Shown piece by piece: positions 13,701 to 23,319 of a stretch of 64,000 nt of DNA. A program made the translations under genes and the position numbers. The DNA is from Malacoraja senta. Its lineage: Eukaryota. The DNA lies in assembly GCA_038087875.1 (NCBI GenBank), contig JAXLNO010001705.1, forward strand, positions 620,001-684,000, in the 5' to 3' direction. Under the pieces are notes generated by a model. The model was given only the letters and a program-made list of their open reading frames with translations. It was not told where the DNA came from and did not search any database. The first letter of the stretch is position 1. The number at the start of each line of letters is the position of its first letter.

Positions 13701-13814
13701 TTTCCCTTTAACTCCATCCTCCACTATCCCATTCGACACCCCACCCCCCTTATTCAGTTTAAAACCCCCCGTGTAGCAGTGGCAAACCTGCCTGCCAGAA
13801 TGCTGGTCCCACAC
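10722..13814 (-). CDS. CR1 ORF2: APE endonuclease + reverse transcriptase, uninterrupted (true start may be the ATG at 13658)
   Basis: 1030-aa open frame with LNARSIRNK, ITETW, GDFN, NYRPVSLTS, PQGSVLGP and FADD. Confidence 0.92.
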   Translation of the reverse strand: MWDQHSGRQVCHCYTGGFKLNKGGGVSNGIVEDGVKGKGFLKCVSVETEECKMRVEAIGSKVKSKSGRQTKPGQKSKKATFQHNCIRGKSVVKTSLKALCLNARSIRNKVDELNVQIAINDYDIVGITETWLQGDQGWELNIQGYSIFRRDREKGKGGGVALMIREEINAMERKDIRFEDVESVWVELRNTKGQKTLVGVVYRPPNSSSEVGDGIKQEIRNACDKGKTVIMGDFNLHIDWVNQIGRGAEEEDFLECMRDSYLNQHVEEPTREQAILDWVLSNEEGLVSSLVVRAPLGESDHNMVEFFIRMESDIVNSETMVLNLKKGNFEGMRHELAMIDWQLILKGLTVDMQWKTFKDCMDELQKLFIPVWQKNKSGKVVHPWITREIRDGIKAKDDAYKLAKKSSIPEDWEKFRDQQRRTKGLIRKGKIDYERKLAGNIKTDCKRFYKYVKRKRLVKTNVGPLQSETGELIMGNKDMADQLNNYFGSVFTKEDINNLPEIAGDRGSKELEELSEIQVSREVVLGKLNGLKADKSPGPDRLHPRVLKEVAPEIVDALVKIFQNSLDSGVVPEDWRVANVTPLFKKGGREKTGNYRPVSLTSVVGKLLESVIKDGIAAHLESGEIIGQSQHGFTKGKSCLTNLIEFFEDVTSSVDRGEPVDVVYLDFQKAFDKVPHKRLVYKLKAHGIGGSVLMWIENWLANRKQRVGVNGSFSQWQAVTSGVPQGSVLGPQLFTIYINVLDEGIEGNISKFADDTKLGGSVSCEEDARSLQGDLDRLGEWANVWQMQYNVDKCEVIHFGGKNRKADYFLNGGRLGKGEMQRDLGVMVHQSLKVGMQVQQAVKKANGMLAFIAKGFEYRSREVLLQLYRVLVRPHLEYCVQFWSPNLRKDIIAIEGVQRRFTRLIPGMSGLSYEERLDRLGLYSLEFRRLRGDLIETYKILKGLDRLDAGRLLPMLGKSRTRGHSLRIRGKSFKTEMRRTFFTQRVVNLWNSLPQRVVEASSLAIFKRELDVALVAKGIRGYGEKAGTGY

Positions 13815-14352
13815 CTGTTAAGATGCAATCCGTCCCTTTTGTACAGTTCCCCCTTACCCCAAAACAGATCCCAGTGATCTAAGAATCTAAATCCCTGCCC
13901 CGTGCACCAGTTCCTGAGCCACACGTTCAGGTCCCGTATCTCCCTGTTCCTGCTCTCGCCAGCACGAGGAACTGGAAGCAAACCGGAGATAACAACCCTG
14001 GAGGTCCTGCTTTTCAGCATTTTTCCGAGCTCTCTAAAGTCATGCTGCAGAATATTCATCCCCTTCTTTCCGACATCGTTTGTGCCGACATGCACTACCA
14101 CTTCCGGATGTTCACCTTCGCCCTCGAGGATTTTCTGCACTCTGTCCGTGACATTCTGGATCCTGGCACCAGGAAGGCAGCACACCATCCGCGCATCCCG
14201 TCTGTTGCCACAGAAACCCCTGTCCGTACCTCTCACAATCGAGTCTCCCACTACAATGGCGTTGCCTGCCTTAGGCCTTTTTGGTTTTGGCTCAACAGCC
14301 CTATTCGCATCGCAAGCCAGTCCGCCGCTCAGTGTAAATATGTCTTTACAAG
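13754..14352 (-). CDS. CR1 ORF1 C-terminal SGNH/GDSL esterase-like domain (5'-truncated)
   Basis: VVGDSIVR...CCLPGA...VVHVGTNDV...DGLHLN motifs. Confidence 0.85.
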
Positions 14353-14929
14353 AGGTTATCCAATCTCTCCCTGTAGCTGATCCCGGCAGCATTCTGGTTA
14401 ATCGGCTTTGTTCCCTCTCCAAAACCTTCATATCATCCCTGTCATGAGGCGATCGGAACTCCACTCAATAGTCCAATTGCGGCTTCATCAAACGCATCAT
14501 AGAAATGCACCATGAGTTCCTGACCCTTATGCTCAATGCCCCGAGCAATGAATGCATGCATACCATACCCACACTTCACCATCTACATGTGCTGCCATCC
14601 GCAGTGAGCTATGAACTTGGACTCCAAGATCCCTCAGCGCATCTATATTCTCAAGACCCTAGCAATATACTGCATAAAAACAGCCTAATTATGATGATTA
14701 AAACAGAATGGTGGTGGCTTCACGTATATTGAAATGGATTTAAAATGGTCAGAGAGGATCAAATGTGACGGAAACACTTTTTTTCCGATTTAAATGGAAA
14801 CTGATTACATTATAATATGTTCACTGTGGAGGAATGATGTGTTGTTTCTAAGACCATATGTAATAGCAAAGGGGAATGAAGCATATTTTATATACAGTCC
14901 AAGCCAAATGTTATTAAGTAAATATTAAG

Positions 14930-17140
14930 AGACTCTGAAGGTATGAGACGGGAATTGGCTAGGATAGACTGGCAAATTATACTGAAAGAGTTGACAGTGG
15001 ATATGTAATGGCAAAGATTTAAAGACCGCATGGATGAACTGCAAAAATTGTTCATCCCTGTCTGGAGAAAATATAAAACGGGGAAGGCGGCGCAACGTGG
15101 CTAACGAGGGAAACCAAGGATAGCGTTAAATCCAAAGAAGAGGCATATAAATTGGCCAGAGGACTGGGAGAAATTTAGAACTCCACAGAGGAGGGCAAAA
15201 TGGTCAATTAGCAGCGGGGCGAATAAGCATGAATGAAACCTTGTGAGGAATATAAAAACTGACTATAAAAGCTTCATTTGATGTGTAAAAATGAAAAGAT
15301 TAGTGAAGAGAATATTGGTCACTTACAATCAGAGACAGGTGAATTTCTAATGGGAAGCAAAGAAATGGCAGAACAGTTAAACGGGTACTTTGGTTCAGTA
15401 TTCACCAAGGAAGATGTAAACAATCTCCCAGAAATAATAGGGGACCGAGGATCTAGTGGGAGGGAGGAACTGAAGGGAACCCACATTAACCAGAAATGGT
15501 GTTATGTAAACTGTTGGGACTGAAGACAGATAAATCCCCAGGGCCTGATGGTCTGCATCCCAGAATACTCAAGCAGGTGGCCCTAGAAATCGTGGATGCA
15601 TTGGTTATCATTTTCCAATGTTCTCCCGACTCTGGATCAGTTCCTGTGTACTGGAGGGTAGCCAATGTAATTCCACTTTTCAAGAAAGGAGGGAGAGAGA
15701 ATACGGGGAATTATAGACCAGTTTGCCTTACATCGGTCATGGGGAAGATGCTTGAGTCTATATTAGAGATGCTACTGCGGCGCATTTGGAAGACAGTGAC
15801 AGGATTGGTCAAAGTCAGCATGGATTTATGAAGAGGGAAATCATGCTTAACTAATCTTCTGGAATTTTTTGAGGATGTAACAAGTAGAATGGATAAGGGA
15901 GAGCCAGTGGATGTGGTGTATCTGGACTTTCAAAAGCCTTTGACAAGGTCCCACACAAGAGATTAGTGTGCAAAATTAGATCACATGGTAGGGTATTGGC
16001 ATGGATAGAGAACTGGTTGGCAGACAGGAAGTAAAGAGTAGGAATGAAATAATCCTTTTCGGAATGGCAGGCAGTGACAAATGGGGTGCGGCAAGGCTCG
16101 GTGCTGGGACCCCAGTTATTTACAATATATATTAATGATTAAATGTGACATTTCCAAGTTAAGTTTATGGATAACATAAAGCTGGGTGGCAGTGTGAGTT
16201 GCGATGAGGAAGCTATGAGGCTGCAAGATGACTTAAAATAAGGCAGATGCACGGCAGATGGAGTATAATGTGGATACATGTGAGGTTATCCAATTTGGTG
16301 GCAAGAACAGGAAGTCAGATTATATTTGAATGGTGTCGGATTTGGAAAAGGGGAGGTTGAACGGGAACTGGGACTGCTTGTACATCAGTCACTGAAAGTA
16401 AGCATGCAAGTATAGCAGGCAGTGAAGAAATCTAATGGCATGTAGACGAAAATGCTGGAGAAAGTCAGTGGATGAGGCAGCATCTATGAAGCGAAGGGAA
16501 TAGGCAACGTTTCGGGTCAAAACCTTTCTTCAGACTGATGTGAGGGGGGGGGGGCGGGAAGAAGAAAAACCTAATGGCATGTTGGCTTTCATTGCGAGAG
16601 GATTTGCGTTTAGGGTCAAGGAGGTCCTACTGGCAATTGTACAGCCCCTGGTGACACCGCATTTGGAGTATTGTGTGCAACGTTGGTCTCTTAATTTGAG
16701 GAAGGACATTATTGCTATTGAGGGAGTGCAGTGGACTATAACATCCATTAATTTCACCAGGTTTAAATTCCCGGGATAGCGGGACTGAGAGGCTCGATGC
16801 AGGAAAAATGTTCCCGATGTTGGGGTAGTCCAGAACCAGGGGTCACAGTTTAAGAATAAGGGATAGGCTATTTAGGACTGAGTTGAGGATTTAAAAAAAT
16901 CACCCAGAGAGTTGTGAATCTGTGGAATTTTCTGCCACAGAAGGCAATGGAGGCCAATTCACTGGATCCTTTCAAGAGAGAGATAGATTTATCTCTTAGG
17001 ACTAAAGGAATCATGGGATATAGGGAAAAAGCAGGAACGGGATACTGAATTTAGGTGATCAGCCATGTTTATGCTGAATGGTGGTTCCTGTTCGAAGGGC
17101 CAAATGGCCAACTCCTGCACCTATTTTTCTATGTTTCTTC
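14930..17140 (+). mobile_element. Degenerate CR1 with a short PLE pLTR insertion at about 16444-16560
   Basis: RT fragments throughout. CTAATGGCATGT is duplicated on both sides of the PLE piece. Confidence 0.85.
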
Positions 17141-17283
17141 TATGTTTTTAACACAAGACGTGTCAAGTATCAAGAATGTATAATTTTCATAAGAGCCGAG
17201 AGCGGTACAATTAAATTCTTACTTAGCCTGGACGTACATGGCAGTGGATCGTCCTTGATGTATGTGTGCTGCTATGTGTGTCT

Positions 17284-17340
17284 GTGTGTGTGTGTGTGTG
17301 TGCGCGCGTGTGCGTGCGTGTGCATGCTGTGTGCGTGAGT
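17284..17340 (+). repeat. (TG)n/(TGCG)n microsatellite
   Basis: Direct read. Confidence 0.9.
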
Positions 17341-17904
17341 GTTTTATAATGCAAAACCTACAGTGGAGATGTGGAACGAACTCGATTCCTCCATTGACCT
17401 CGTTTGCTTAAACATTTCTGCAAGTGGAGATTCAAGTGGACAGCAAATTAATATTCTGAAGTGAATACATAATTTAAAATCACATCAATTTATTTGAAAG
17501 AGATATGATAAAATAGACTCCCTCAGAGAATTTCGTTGATTCGTGCCAACTGCCAATATCGTTAAAACATATAATCGCCGTCGAGAATGATATCTTCATT
17601 GTTTTGTTTGTTTTGCTCTAAAAGTGTCTGGAAACACAGATGAGCTGATTTAAATAAACGCTGATTTCAACAGCCCCAGACCTGTTCGTTTACTGGACAG
17701 AAACAGAATCAATGTTTCCCCAGAGGCGCAAAACAGATAAAGTGAGAAAGAAATGCAAATCTCCCAACTGACTACTTCAGAGACATTTATTTAAAGTTGT
17801 CAATGTTCCCTCTGGTAGAAAAAATAAACAAAGCTGAAGTGCATATGGATGATGGTAGTCAATAATATTTCCTACAAAGCTAGGTTAACTAAGAACATGT
17901 ATCA

Positions 17905-19090
17905 TATAACCATATAACCATATAACCATTACAGCACGGAAACAGGCCATCTCGGCCCTTCAAGTCCGTGCCGAACTTTTTTAATTTTTTTTTTTTTTTA
18001 AATAAATACTTCCCCCTAGTCCCATCTACCTGCACTCAGACCATAACCCTCCATTCCTTTCCCGTCCATATACCCATCCAATCTATTTTTAAAGTATAAA
18101 ATCGAACCAGCCTCCACCACTTCCACTGGAAGCTCATTCCACACAGCTACCACTCTCCGAGTAAAGAAGTTCCCCCTAATGTTACCCCTAAACTTCTGTC
18201 CCTTAATTCTCAAGTCATGTCCCCTTGTTTGAATCTTCCCTACTCTCAATGGAAAAAGCTTATCCACGTCAACTCTGTCTAACCCGCTCATAATTTTAAA
18301 GACCTCTATCGTCCCCTCTTAACCTTCTGCGCTCCAAAGAATAAAGACCTAACTTGTTCAACCTTTCTCTGTAACTTAGTTGCTGAAACCCAGGCAACAT
18401 TCTAGTAAATCTCCTCTGTACTCTCTCTATTTTATTGACATCCTTCCTATAATTAAGCGACCAAAATTGTACTCCATTCTCCAGAATTGGCCTCACCAAT
18501 GCCTTGTACAATTTTAACATTACATCCCAACTTCTATATTCAATGCTCTGATTTATAAAGGCCAGCACCCCAAAAGCTTTCTTTACCACCCTATCTACAT
18601 GAGATTCCACCTTCAGTGGACCCAACACAGACCCCTGAGGCACCCCACTAGTCACCAGCCTCCAACCTGACAAACAGCCATCCACCATTACTCTCTGGCA
18701 TCTCCCATTCAGCCACTGTTGAATCCATCTTGCTACTCCACCATTAATACCCAACAATTGAATCTTCTTAACCAACCTTCCATGAGGAACCTTGTCAAAG
18801 GCCTTACTGAAGTCCATATAGACAACATCCACTGCTTTACCCTCATCAATTTCCCTAGTAACCTCTTCGACAAATTCTAGAAGATTAGTCAAACGTGACC
18901 TTCCAGGCACAAATCCATGTTGACTGTTCCTAATCAGACCCTGCTTATCCAGATGCTTATATATATTATCTTTAAGTATCCTTTCCATTAATTTGCCCAC
19001 CACTGACGTCAAACTAACAGGTCTATAATTGCTAGGTTTACTCTTAGAACCCTTTTTAAACAACGGAACAACATGAAATTTTCCAACAAT
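17905..19090 (-). mobile_element. CR1 of a second subfamily with an (ATGGTTAT)n tail
   Basis: ORF 18296-19147 with RT motifs and an internal deletion; (ATATAACC)n at about 17907-17930. Confidence 0.88.
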
Positions 19091-20540
19091 GGCTGGGATC
19101 AATAGCATTCTCTGCATACATTTGAATGCCACACGTAACGAATTCACAGATGCATAGAAAATACAATGATAAGTTCAAATTCAAGTCGTAGAAGAATAGT
19201 ATGTGGAACGCGGAGACATTTATTTGTCTGTCTGCACCTTAAATTTTCGACATTCCTCGTGTTTTCCTCCCAAATCGGTTCACTACTGTTTCTATCTATC
19301 TCCTCAGATAACACTAGTGGATTCATCTTCAGATATCTCTATTAGATATCTCTATTAGACACCATCCGCCCAACCAGTGCAGTCTGGATCATTGAAACAC
19401 TGTCCAACAAATATGCTCATTGATTGATTGTTTGGAACGTGTCTTCATACAACTTTACGCTTTGGAATATCAACCCCACCACTGGAATCATCTCTAATGC
19501 CGATAATTTCTCCAATCGCTCCACAGATCTACAATTCCACTCATGCACCATAACATTCATTAATTTCCTTTGGATCTCTTGATGACATTTTAATATAATT
19601 TTGTGTTTGCTTTATTATCATTTCTCCCTACTGCCTTTTATGTAACTAATCTCGAAATTGGAATGGACATTCCCAATATTATTCAATATTGACAACGAAT
19701 GTGCCGGAAAGAACTGCAGATGCTGCTTTAAATCGAAGGTAGACAGAAAATGCTGGAGTAACTCAGCGGGACAGACAGTATCTCTGGAGAAGTCTGAAGA
19801 AGGGTCTCGTCCAGACTGTCCGTCTGTCTGTCTGTCTGTCTCTCTGCCTTGCTCAAATATTGCTCACACACGCACACACATCTCCTTTCATTTTATTCCC
19901 TTCTCTATTTGTTCAGCCTGAATCTATGGTTTTCATCCTTCAGTTAATGTGGTCAACTGTCAATGCATGGGCCCTGCTTTTGCATCCTGGCATTTCGAAA
20001 CCACTGAACACAGCGGTGCAATGAAAAACAATCTCCCGAACTGTGGCCTTGTCGGTCTGTTTTAAATTAGACCGCGCTGAATCACATGGGAAGGTTTCAA
20101 CCTTCGTTACCTCAAGTAGCTATCTCTGATGAAACGTGTATTATTTTCCCAGTGGACTCCATATAGGTCTTGCGACGCATGGTCGTTTCTTGAGCCGATG
20201 TCATACTCGTCATTGCATCGCTGCTGATTTTCCTGTGAGGCTCTTTGGAACCTTGGTAGGATATTTTAACGCCATGGTGTTTATTTTATTCAGTGGTATT
20301 TTAATAAGCGATAAAGATTATAAGGTCTGTCGCATTTTAACATAAATTTGAGGAATTCGAAACATTTAACGAAAAAACTGCACCATGGAACCATCTTATT
20401 TACAACTATACCATGAGTTTATATTGTGTAAGGGGCAGAAAAGCACGCTGTGTTATTAACCTCTTGTGCATCTGTAGCAGTTTAATAGATGTGTAAGCGT
20501 GAGTCCATCTTGCTGTTGAGTTGGGAGCCGTGTCTCAGCT

Positions 20541-20607
20541 CCGCCCGCTGCACCACTCGGTTTAATGGCCCCGCCCACAGCCACACCCTCTTTTGCCGGG
20601 TATTTAA
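20541..20607 (+). promoter_or_regulatory. Putative VH promoter: two GC boxes, CACCC box, TATA-like TATTTAA
   Basis: CCGCCC at 20541 and 20571, CCACACCC at 20581 and TATTTAA at 20601, about 90 nt upstream of the leader ATG. No ATGCAAAT octamer seen nearby upstream. Confidence 0.55.
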
Positions 20608-20695
20608 TTCTCTCTGAGAGGGTCCAAAATCCAACTTGCAGTTGGTTTGTTGCGAGGTTCTGTACAGAAACAACCGGGTCACACTTCCCAGCGGG

Positions 20696-20741
20696 ATGAG
20701 GTCGGCAGTTTCACTGAGTCTGTTCCTGGCGTTAATAGTCC
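20696..20741 (+). CDS. IGHV: VH leader exon (MRSAVSLSLFLALIV-R)
   Basis: ATG, hydrophobic signal peptide and phase-1 donor C|GTGAGT. Completed by (R)VHS at the start of the V exon. Confidence 0.92.
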
Positions 20742-20913
20742 GTGAGTAATTAGTTGGACAAATTCCTCACGCATGTTTCTCAGTGGTATATCCCCTACGC
20801 CATTCCCCTTCTACCCACTCTAGCACGCTCCCTTTATTTCCTCTTGATAATTAGAGTCGGGGATCAATGGTCAATAATTTGTCCTCACCATTCATGCCAT
20901 TTTTAACTTGCAG

Positions 20914-21228
20914 GTGTCCATTCCGATGTCGTTCTAACAGCCCAAGGCAGAGACCGTCCGTCCTGGAGGCTCCATCACAATGACCTGCAAAACCAGCGGG
21001 TTCGATTTTAGCAGCCGCTTTATGTATTTGGTCCGTCAGGTCCCTGGGCAGAAGCTTGAGTGGCTGCTTCGCTGCTACGATTCTTCTAACAAGTACTTCG
21101 CTCCGGGGATTGAGAGCCGATTTACTCCGTCCAAAGACAATTCGAATAATATGTTCACTGTGACCGCCAGGAACCTGAGGATCGAAGACACCGCTGTCTA
21201 TTACTGTGCGACATATACTACAGGGGGT
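20914..21228 (+). pseudogene. IGHV: VH exon with a D1-like 3' extension; frameshift in FR1
   Basis: Acceptor TTGCAG| then VHS-DVVLT. Frame break at about 20938-20940. Then PKAETVRPGGSITMTCKTSGFDFSSRFMYLVRQVPGQKLEWLL...EDTAVYYCATYTTGG with both canonical Cys. Confidence 0.93.
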
Positions 21229-21266
21229 CACTGTGCTGCAAACAGCGACTTCCCCGTAAAAAAACC
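21229..21266 (+). promoter_or_regulatory. RSS with 22-bp spacer
   Basis: Heptamer CACTGTG 21229-21235, 22-nt spacer, nonamer AAAAAAACC 21258-21266 (8/9 to ACAAAAACC). Confidence 0.9.
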
Positions 21267-21377
21267 GGACAACTAGTTTTCTCCTGTTCGAACCTACAAG
21301 CACAACAGGAAAGCCGAATGATGCAAATTCAAATGAAAGTTCACTGCTTAAAGTTACATGGATTGTTTTGAGAAATT

Positions 21378-22532
21378 TGCCTTTGATAAGGTCCCGCGTG
21401 GGAGACTGGTCACTAAAATTAGAGCACATGGTATTGGGGGTAGGGTGTTGACATGGATAGAAAATTGGATGGCAGACCGGAAGCAAAGAGTAGGAGTGAA
21501 CGGGTCCTTTTCAGAATGGCAGGCAGTGGCAAGTGGAGTGCCGCAAGGCTCGGTGTTGGGGCCGCAACTGTTTATCATATATATTAATGATTTGGAAGAG
21601 GGAATTAGGTGCAACACTAGCAAGTTTGCGGATGACACAAATCTGGGTGGCAGTGTAAACTGTGAAGAGGATGTTAGGAGGTTGCAGGGTGACCTGGACA
21701 GGTTGAGTGAGTGGGCAGATGCGTGGCAGATGTGGTATAATATAGATAAATGTGAGGTTATTCACTTTGGCGGCAAAAACAAGGGAGCAGATTATTATCT
21801 CAATGTGGTTAGGTTAGGTAAGGGGGAGGTGCAGCGAGACCTGGGCGTCCTTGTACACCGGTCACTGAAAGTTGGCTTACATGTACAGTAGGCAGTGAAG
21901 AAAGCTAATGGAATGTTGGCCATCATAACAAGAAGATTTCAGTATAGGAGTAAAGAGGTTCTTCTGCAGTTGTATAGGGCTCTGGTGAGACCACATCTGG
22001 AGTATAGTGTACTGTTTTGGTCTCCTAATTTGTGATTGAGGCAGTGCAGCGTAGGTTCACGAGATTGATCCCTGGGATGGGGGACTGTCATATGAGGGAA
22101 GATTGAAAAGACTAGGCTTGTATTCACTGGAGTTTAGAAGGATGAGGGGGGATCTTATAGAAACATATAAAATTATAAAAGGACGGGACAAGCTAGATGC
22201 AGGAAAAATGTTCCCAATGTGGGGCGAGTCCAGAACCAGGGGCCACAGTCTTTGAATAAAGGGGAGGTAATTTAAGACTGAGGTGAGGAAAAACTTTTTC
22301 ACCCAGAGAGTTGTGAATTTATGGATTTCCCTGCCACAGAGGGCAGTGGAGGCCAATTCACTGGATGGATTTAAGAGAGAGTTAGATAGAGCTCCAGGGG
22401 CTATTGGAGTCGAGGGATATGGGGAGAAGGCAGGCACGGGTTATTGATAGGGGACGATCAGCCATGATCACAATGAATGGCGGTGCTGGCTCGAATGGCC
22501 TCCTCCTGCAACTCTTTTCTATGTTTCTATGT
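21378..22532 (+). mobile_element. 5'-truncated CR1 between the two RSSs
   Basis: AFDKVP...PQGSVLGP...FADD, 3'UTR and (TTTCTATG)n tail at about 22515-22532. Confidence 0.9.
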
Positions 22533-22666
22533 AAATGTCCAACTGTCTTCTGTCCAATTAACGTTATTTTATATCAGCTTTGGAAGAACAAATTAAAAAA
22601 TACAGCAGAGAGTAGCTGGGGACATATCCTCTGTGAGCAGTGCATGCATCACTTTTTGAAGAGCGA

Positions 22667-22694
22667 AGTATTTGACATGACTCGTTTCACTGTG
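22667..22694 (-). promoter_or_regulatory. RSS with 12-bp spacer upstream of the D2J segment
   Basis: Perfect heptamer CACTGTG 22688-22694 (CACAGTG on -), 12-nt spacer, nonamer AGTATTTGA 22667-22675 (6/9 to GGTTTTTGT). No nonamer at 22/23-nt spacing. Confidence 0.7.
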
Positions 22695-22746
22695 TGCACT
22701 GGACTTGACTACTGGGGAGGAGGCACCATGTTAATGGTAACCAACG
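22695..22746 (+). CDS. IGHJ: JH segment with D2-like 5' part (CTGLDYWGGGTMLMVTN)
   Basis: DYWGxGT motif and phase-1 donor G|GTAAG. The 5' TGCACTGGA resembles elasmobranch D2 cores as recalled. Confidence 0.9.
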
Positions 22747-23319
22747 GTAAGAAACTTCATGCTATTCAGTCTCTAGATGTATCCAGTTGTAATTTTATTC
22801 TATATTTCCAATAATTGTATTAAATAGTTGTTCTGGATTAATTACCCATTCATTGCAATGCTGGATCGATGTTGTTTTAGAATGTTTTGTGATTTCGCTG
22901 CAGTGAGATTCCTGAATTAAACTTGCCTTATGTGCTATGACTTTCGATCCTTTGACAGTGAAACGGATTTGATTTAGTTCCTAATTAGTCAAAAAAATGT
23001 GCATGAATTTGCCTTCACCATGCTTTCAAATTGTTTGAGATTTTTTGGTCCTAGATCAGCGATGCATGTAACTGTGTTTTCTGATCAACAGCAGGTACTT
23101 TGTCTGAGCTTGTTTGTTCTCAGCACATATGAAACAAACGATAGAAAGGGATAAATCCTTGGTGTAAAATTTTCAAGTTTTGTATTTAAGAAGTGTATGT
23201 ATTAATTGGTGGAATCGCTTTGCCACCTTTAATCCAATCGCTAACAAAACTTGTATTGAAGAAGTAACATTTTCTTGCAGCAAAACACAGGTGCAAAGTT
23301 CTTTCAGGGTACTCAAGGG

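Larger units (their letters stand above)
10623..14352 (-). mobile_element. Young CR1 LINE: intact ORF2 and partial esterase ORF1, inserted in an older CR1
   Basis: (TTTCTATG)n tail at about 10623-10646. AGGTTA at 10617-10622 and 14353-14358. The flanks rejoin as an old CR1 RT (YRERLDNL|GLFSLERRR). Confidence 0.93.

Noticed and set aside
13754-14464. 236-aa ORF as a complete CR1 ORF1
   Set aside because: The N-terminus (LEREQSRLTRMLPG) comes from the older host CR1 RT beyond the 14353 junction.
17753-17760. Octamer 2.9 kb upstream of the leader
   Set aside because: Isolated and within chance expectation for an 8-mer in AT-rich 64 kb.
21202-21208. Embedded heptamer TACTGTG at the V 3' end
   Set aside because: A common by-product of YYC codons in VH genes; no evidence of replacement here.
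20980-21276. 98-aa ATG-initiated ORF as a leaderless V protein
   Set aside because: It is the internal V frame reading through the RSS, with no signal peptide and no FR1 start.
22629-22657. Free D segment between CTCTGTG and CACTTTT
   Set aside because: No nonamer at correct spacing on either side.
22651-22694. 22/23-spacer J RSS using ACTTTTTGA at 22651-22659
   Set aside because: The spacer would be 28 nt, outside the 12/23 rule. It could be a remnant if a 6-nt insertion occurred, so it remains the main alternative to the D2J reading.
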